Shown here piece after piece: positions 60,634 through 63,290 of a DNA stretch of 63,290 bases. The stretch covers positions 1 to 63,290 of the forward strand of contig DATLCC010000109.1 of assembly GCA_035526585.1 (NCBI GenBank), read 5' to 3'. The position numbers and the translations under genes were made by a program. Below the pieces are notes generated by a model. That model made no database searches. It was not told the origin of the DNA and worked only from the letters and a program-made list of their open reading frames with translations. The DNA comes from Thermoplasmatota archaeon (GTDB taxonomy: Archaea; Thermoplasmatota; SW-10-69-26; JACQPN01; JAJPHT01). How positions within the stretch are numbered: position 1 is the stretch's first letter; the number at the start of each line of letters is the position of its first letter.

Positions 60634-60688
60634 CCGCACCTGCACCCCACCTGCACCGCACCTGCACCGCACCTGTGGCCCACGTGCG
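60634..60688 (+). repeat. five tandem 11-bp units with CACCTG/CACGTG core, copy L
   Basis: CCGCACCTGCA CCCCACCTGCA CCGCACCTGCA CCGCACCTGTG GCCCACGTGCG. Ends 3 nt before the subtilase stop. Confidence 0.85.
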
Positions 60689-60691
60689 CGC

Positions 60692-62560
60692 TCACGCGCT
60701 CCCGACGACCACGAGCGCGAAGGGCTGCGGCCCCATCGGCACGCTCCAGCCGCGCACGCGGATCGTGTACTCGCCCGTCTCCGTCGCATCGAGGAGCACG
60801 CGCTCCACGACGTTCGCGCGGTCCGGCGCGCCAAGCGCGGCGTTGCCTAGAGTGACGGCGCCCGAAGGCGCTTCGACCTCGAGGTCCAGGTCGTTCACGA
60901 GCGCGGGCGATGCGCCAGGCGCGGCCGCGTGGTCCGTCCACGCCACGACGACGCGCAGGGGCCCGCCGCTTGCCGTCGCGGTCGTCGTCCACTGGTCGCC
61001 GGTCGAAAGGGCGGCGTCTTCGTCATGGATGGTGAGCCCGGCCCCAGGCGCGAGCGCGTCGTCGAGCTGCGGGCGGCCCCACCCCTGCTCCGCAGGCGTC
61101 GCGCCCAGGTCGTCGGCGCTCGCGACGAGCACCGCACGCACGAGCGCGGAGGAGGCGTCGCGGGCGTCGGCGGGAGTGGCGACGCCGCTCGGGTAGAACC
61201 CTTTGGCGAACTGGTCGCGCACGAGCGTCGCCGCGCCGGCCGCGACGGGCGTCGCTTGGCTCGTGCCGCTCACGCAACGATATGCGGTCGGGCCCGCGAG
61301 GGCCGCGCTCGTGACGCACGCGCCCGGCGCGACGAGATCGGGCTTCACGCGGCCATCGCCCGCGGGGCCGCGCGTGCTGAAGGGCTCCACCGTCTCGTTC
61401 GCCGCGTCGCTGCGCGACGCGCCGATCGCGAGCACGCTCTTCGCCATCGTCTCGGGCCGGAAGATCCCGCTCGTGCCGCCGTTCCCCATGCTGCGGAGGA
61501 TGAGGAAGTCCCGGTGCTCCCATGCGTACGCGTCGTGGTCGTGCGCGACAAGGGCGTACTCGCCCGAGGCGCTCGACACGCCCCAGCTGTTGCTGTGCAC
61601 GCGCGCGCCGATCTCGTACGCGGGCTGCCAGTACCCGGTGTAGTTCGCGAGCACCTGGAAGCCGCGCGTGGTCGTCGCGTCGCACACGGCAAGGCGCGCG
61701 GCGAAAGCGACGCCATCGTGGCCATCCCGCACTCCAAGGACGCCGGCGTCACCCGCGAGCGTGCCGGCGACGTGCGTGCCGTGGCCATCGTCGTCGTCGA
61801 GGTCGCCCCGCAGGCCTCCGGCATCGAGGGGCGCGTAGTAGAGGGCGACCTTGCGATGCCAGGGAGAGGGAACGTTCTGGATCAGAGGAAGAGGGTCTGC
61901 GAACATCTCGTGGAGCGTGCGCCCGGCCCCGTTCTGCAAGGGCGCGTCGGTATCGAGGCCCGTGTCGCAGTAGGCGACGATCTGGCTGCTCCCGTTCACC
62001 CCGCGCGCGTGGAGGGGCCAAGCCTCGTTCTCGCCGCTCTGGACGATGCTCGACGCGCGCTCGTTGTCCAGCGTCGCCTCGCGGCGAAGGGGCTCGACCC
62101 ATCGGATCTCCTCGTGGGCGAGAAGCCTCGAGAGCGGGACAGCGCTGAGCGTCCCATCGAGCACGAGGTCGCCCGCGGGCGCGACACGCATGCCTTCGAG
62201 CGCGAGGCGAGCGGCGAGGGCACTGATATCAGAACCAGGATAGGCGAGAAGGCGGACGTCGCGCGTGTCTGGACCGACCTCGCGAGAGACTCGGCTCGTG
62301 GGAGCGACGTCCTCCACGCCAAGGACGGCGGAGCGCTCGAGCAGCGCGGCGCGCGCATGCGGCGTGAGCTGCACGAGGAAACCGAAAGGCGGCACGAACT
62401 CGGCCGGCTCGCCCGCGAGATCGACAAGGAACGCGCGCTCCGAGGGCGCGACAGGGCCCTCGTAACGCACGACCTGCCACATGCTCGCGCCGCCGCCCGC
62501 GGGCGCCGCGAGGGGCGCGAGGAGGAGCAAGGCGAGCACGAGGGCGATGCGGGCCTCCAC
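60692..62560 (-). CDS. secreted subtilisin-like serine protease (S8)
   Basis: 622 aa from GTG 62560 with a signal peptide. Triad blocks YCDTGLD, HGTHVAGT, SGTSQATP. Confidence 0.9.
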   Translation of the reverse strand: MEARIALVLALLLLAPLAAPAGGGASMWQVVRYEGPVAPSERAFLVDLAGEPAEFVPPFGFLVQLTPHARAALLERSAVLGVEDVAPTSRVSREVGPDTRDVRLLAYPGSDISALAARLALEGMRVAPAGDLVLDGTLSAVPLSRLLAHEEIRWVEPLRREATLDNERASSIVQSGENEAWPLHARGVNGSSQIVAYCDTGLDTDAPLQNGAGRTLHEMFADPLPLIQNVPSPWHRKVALYYAPLDAGGLRGDLDDDDGHGTHVAGTLAGDAGVLGVRDGHDGVAFAARLAVCDATTTRGFQVLANYTGYWQPAYEIGARVHSNSWGVSSASGEYALVAHDHDAYAWEHRDFLILRSMGNGGTSGIFRPETMAKSVLAIGASRSDAANETVEPFSTRGPAGDGRVKPDLVAPGACVTSAALAGPTAYRCVSGTSQATPVAAGAATLVRDQFAKGFYPSGVATPADARDASSALVRAVLVASADDLGATPAEQGWGRPQLDDALAPGAGLTIHDEDAALSTGDQWTTTATASGGPLRVVVAWTDHAAAPGASPALVNDLDLEVEAPSGAVTLGNAALGAPDRANVVERVLLDATETGEYTIRVRGWSVPMGPQPFALVVVGSA

Positions 62561-62666
62561 GCACCAAAGGCTCGCTGGCAGGCTATGAACCCTCTCGGTG
62601 GTCCGGCTCCGCGATCCGACGGCGACCCCTCCCAGCCTTCTTGGGAACCTCGTCGCTTGCCCATGC

Positions 62667-63290
62667 ATGCGGAAGGAAGAGAGCCTGAGCGTCGCCGACG
62701 CCGAGGCGCTGGCGAACGAGCTGAAGGCGCTGGCGAGCCCGCTGCGCCTGGCGATCCTCTGGTCGCTTCGGTTCCCGAAGAAGGTCGCCGACATCCGATT
62801 GCCCGCCGGTGCCGAGTGGGCGGGCTTTCAGGCAGAGCGATCGCTCACCCGGTCCACCGTCACCCACCATGTGGAGCTCTTGGCCGGCGAAGGATTCGTC
62901 GAGCGCGTGGACGAGGAAGGCCGGTACGTCGTGAATCAGCAACGGATGTTCTCGTTCCTCGAAGGCCTCGGCGGGCTCGCGCGGTTGAAGCCCGTCGTCG
63001 ACCTCGATGTGCGAGAGACCGTCGCGGTCGACGCGCGCGAGCCGCCGCCGCTTCCCACCGGACCGCGCCTCCTTCTCGTGTCAGGCCCGAAGGAAGGGCA
63101 GGCCCTCGCCTTCGACGGCGAAGGGCCGTGGACGATCGGTCGCGGACCCACCGCGCATCTGCGCCTCGAATACGACCCCCACGTGAGCCGCGCGCATGTC
63201 GTCGTTTCTCGCGACGCGGCCGGCGCCCTTGTGATCGAGCGCGCAGCGGAAGCGAAGAACGTGCCGCTTCTCAACTACAGGGCGCTCCCT
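62667..63290 (+). CDS. ArsR-type wHTH fused to FHA domain (3' end cut by window edge)
   Basis: Stop-free frame from ATG 62667 to the window end (not in the ORF track). LRLAILWSL...STVTHHVELLAGEGFVER, then WTIGRGP...LRLEYDPHVSRAHVVV (FHA-like). Confidence 0.7.
   Translation, partial: MRKEESLSVADAEALANELKALASPLRLAILWSLRFPKKVADIRLPAGAEWAGFQAERSLTRSTVTHHVELLAGEGFVERVDEEGRYVVNQQRMFSFLEGLGGLARLKPVVDLDVRETVAVDAREPPPLPTGPRLLLVSGPKEGQALAFDGEGPWTIGRGPTAHLRLEYDPHVSRAHVVVSRDAAGALVIERAAEAKNVPLLNYRALP

Noticed and set aside
4598-60688. Whether the CACGTG-unit arrays could be CRISPR arrays.
   Set aside because: The units are 9-12 bp and directly abut each other with no unique spacers. The arrays are only 45-110 bp long and scattered, and no cas genes are present.
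1-63290. A search for tRNA, rRNA or other canonical RNA genes, for example as integration targets near the recombinases or the 22-bp direct repeat.
   Set aside because: I could not find cloverleaf-compatible sequences (acceptor/T-arm GTTCGAATC-like boxes) or rRNA-like stretches in any intergenic region by eye. A tRNAscan or Infernal run is needed to be certain.
1-63290. A haloarchaeal origin, suggested by the high GC content and the PGF-CTERM-like tails.
   Set aside because: The predicted proteins are not acid-shifted; many are Arg/Ala-rich with ordinary Asp/Glu content. Lineage assignment needs marker-gene phylogeny.

Overview
This is a 63.3-kb, visibly very GC-rich chromosomal segment from an archaeon. 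Archaeal markers are Rpo11/RpoL, exosome Csl4, a TruD/Pus7-type pseudouridine synthase, a family-B DNA polymerase, a DUF2070-like protein and PGF-CTERM-like anchors. It also carries the bacterial-type GrpE-DnaK-DnaJ set. A Thermoplasmatota-like lineage is my guess from gene content only. I call 54 protein-coding genes. By eye I found no rRNA, tRNA or CRISPR. The ORF track uses ATG/GTG/TTG and reports the longest ORFs, so many starts were moved downstream. Two real genes that run off the window edges (1..2632 minus, 62667..63290 plus) are missing from the track. Housekeeping content: truD-rpoL-csl4-methyltransferase operon, grpE/dnaK/dnaJ, glpD-like, pyrG, carA and carB (split by 13.8 kb), and a histidine kinase. 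Much of the rest is envelope or secretome: two giant PKD-repeat proteins, two divergent ABC-2 modules each with a large anchored surface protein, PNGase-A-like and BNR/sialidase-like proteins, a metzincin, a subtilase, a cupredoxin and lipoproteins. Two things deserve most attention. (1) A dispersed, oriented intergenic repeat family occurs at 12 or more loci. It is built from helically phased CAC(G/C)TG units closed by a conserved hairpin/palindrome module, some copies have inverted termini, and copies sit at the junctions of insertions that split dnaK/dnaJ and carA/carB. (2) At 3.4-9.4 kb there is an iteron-fronted tandem pair of [small DNA-binding protein + serine recombinase] modules. It is followed by a translationally coupled operon of a P-loop-less RecA-fold protein, a small helical protein and a family-B polymerase with a non-canonical motif C (IVD instead of DTD). 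All family calls are by-eye motif recognition; no database search was possible.
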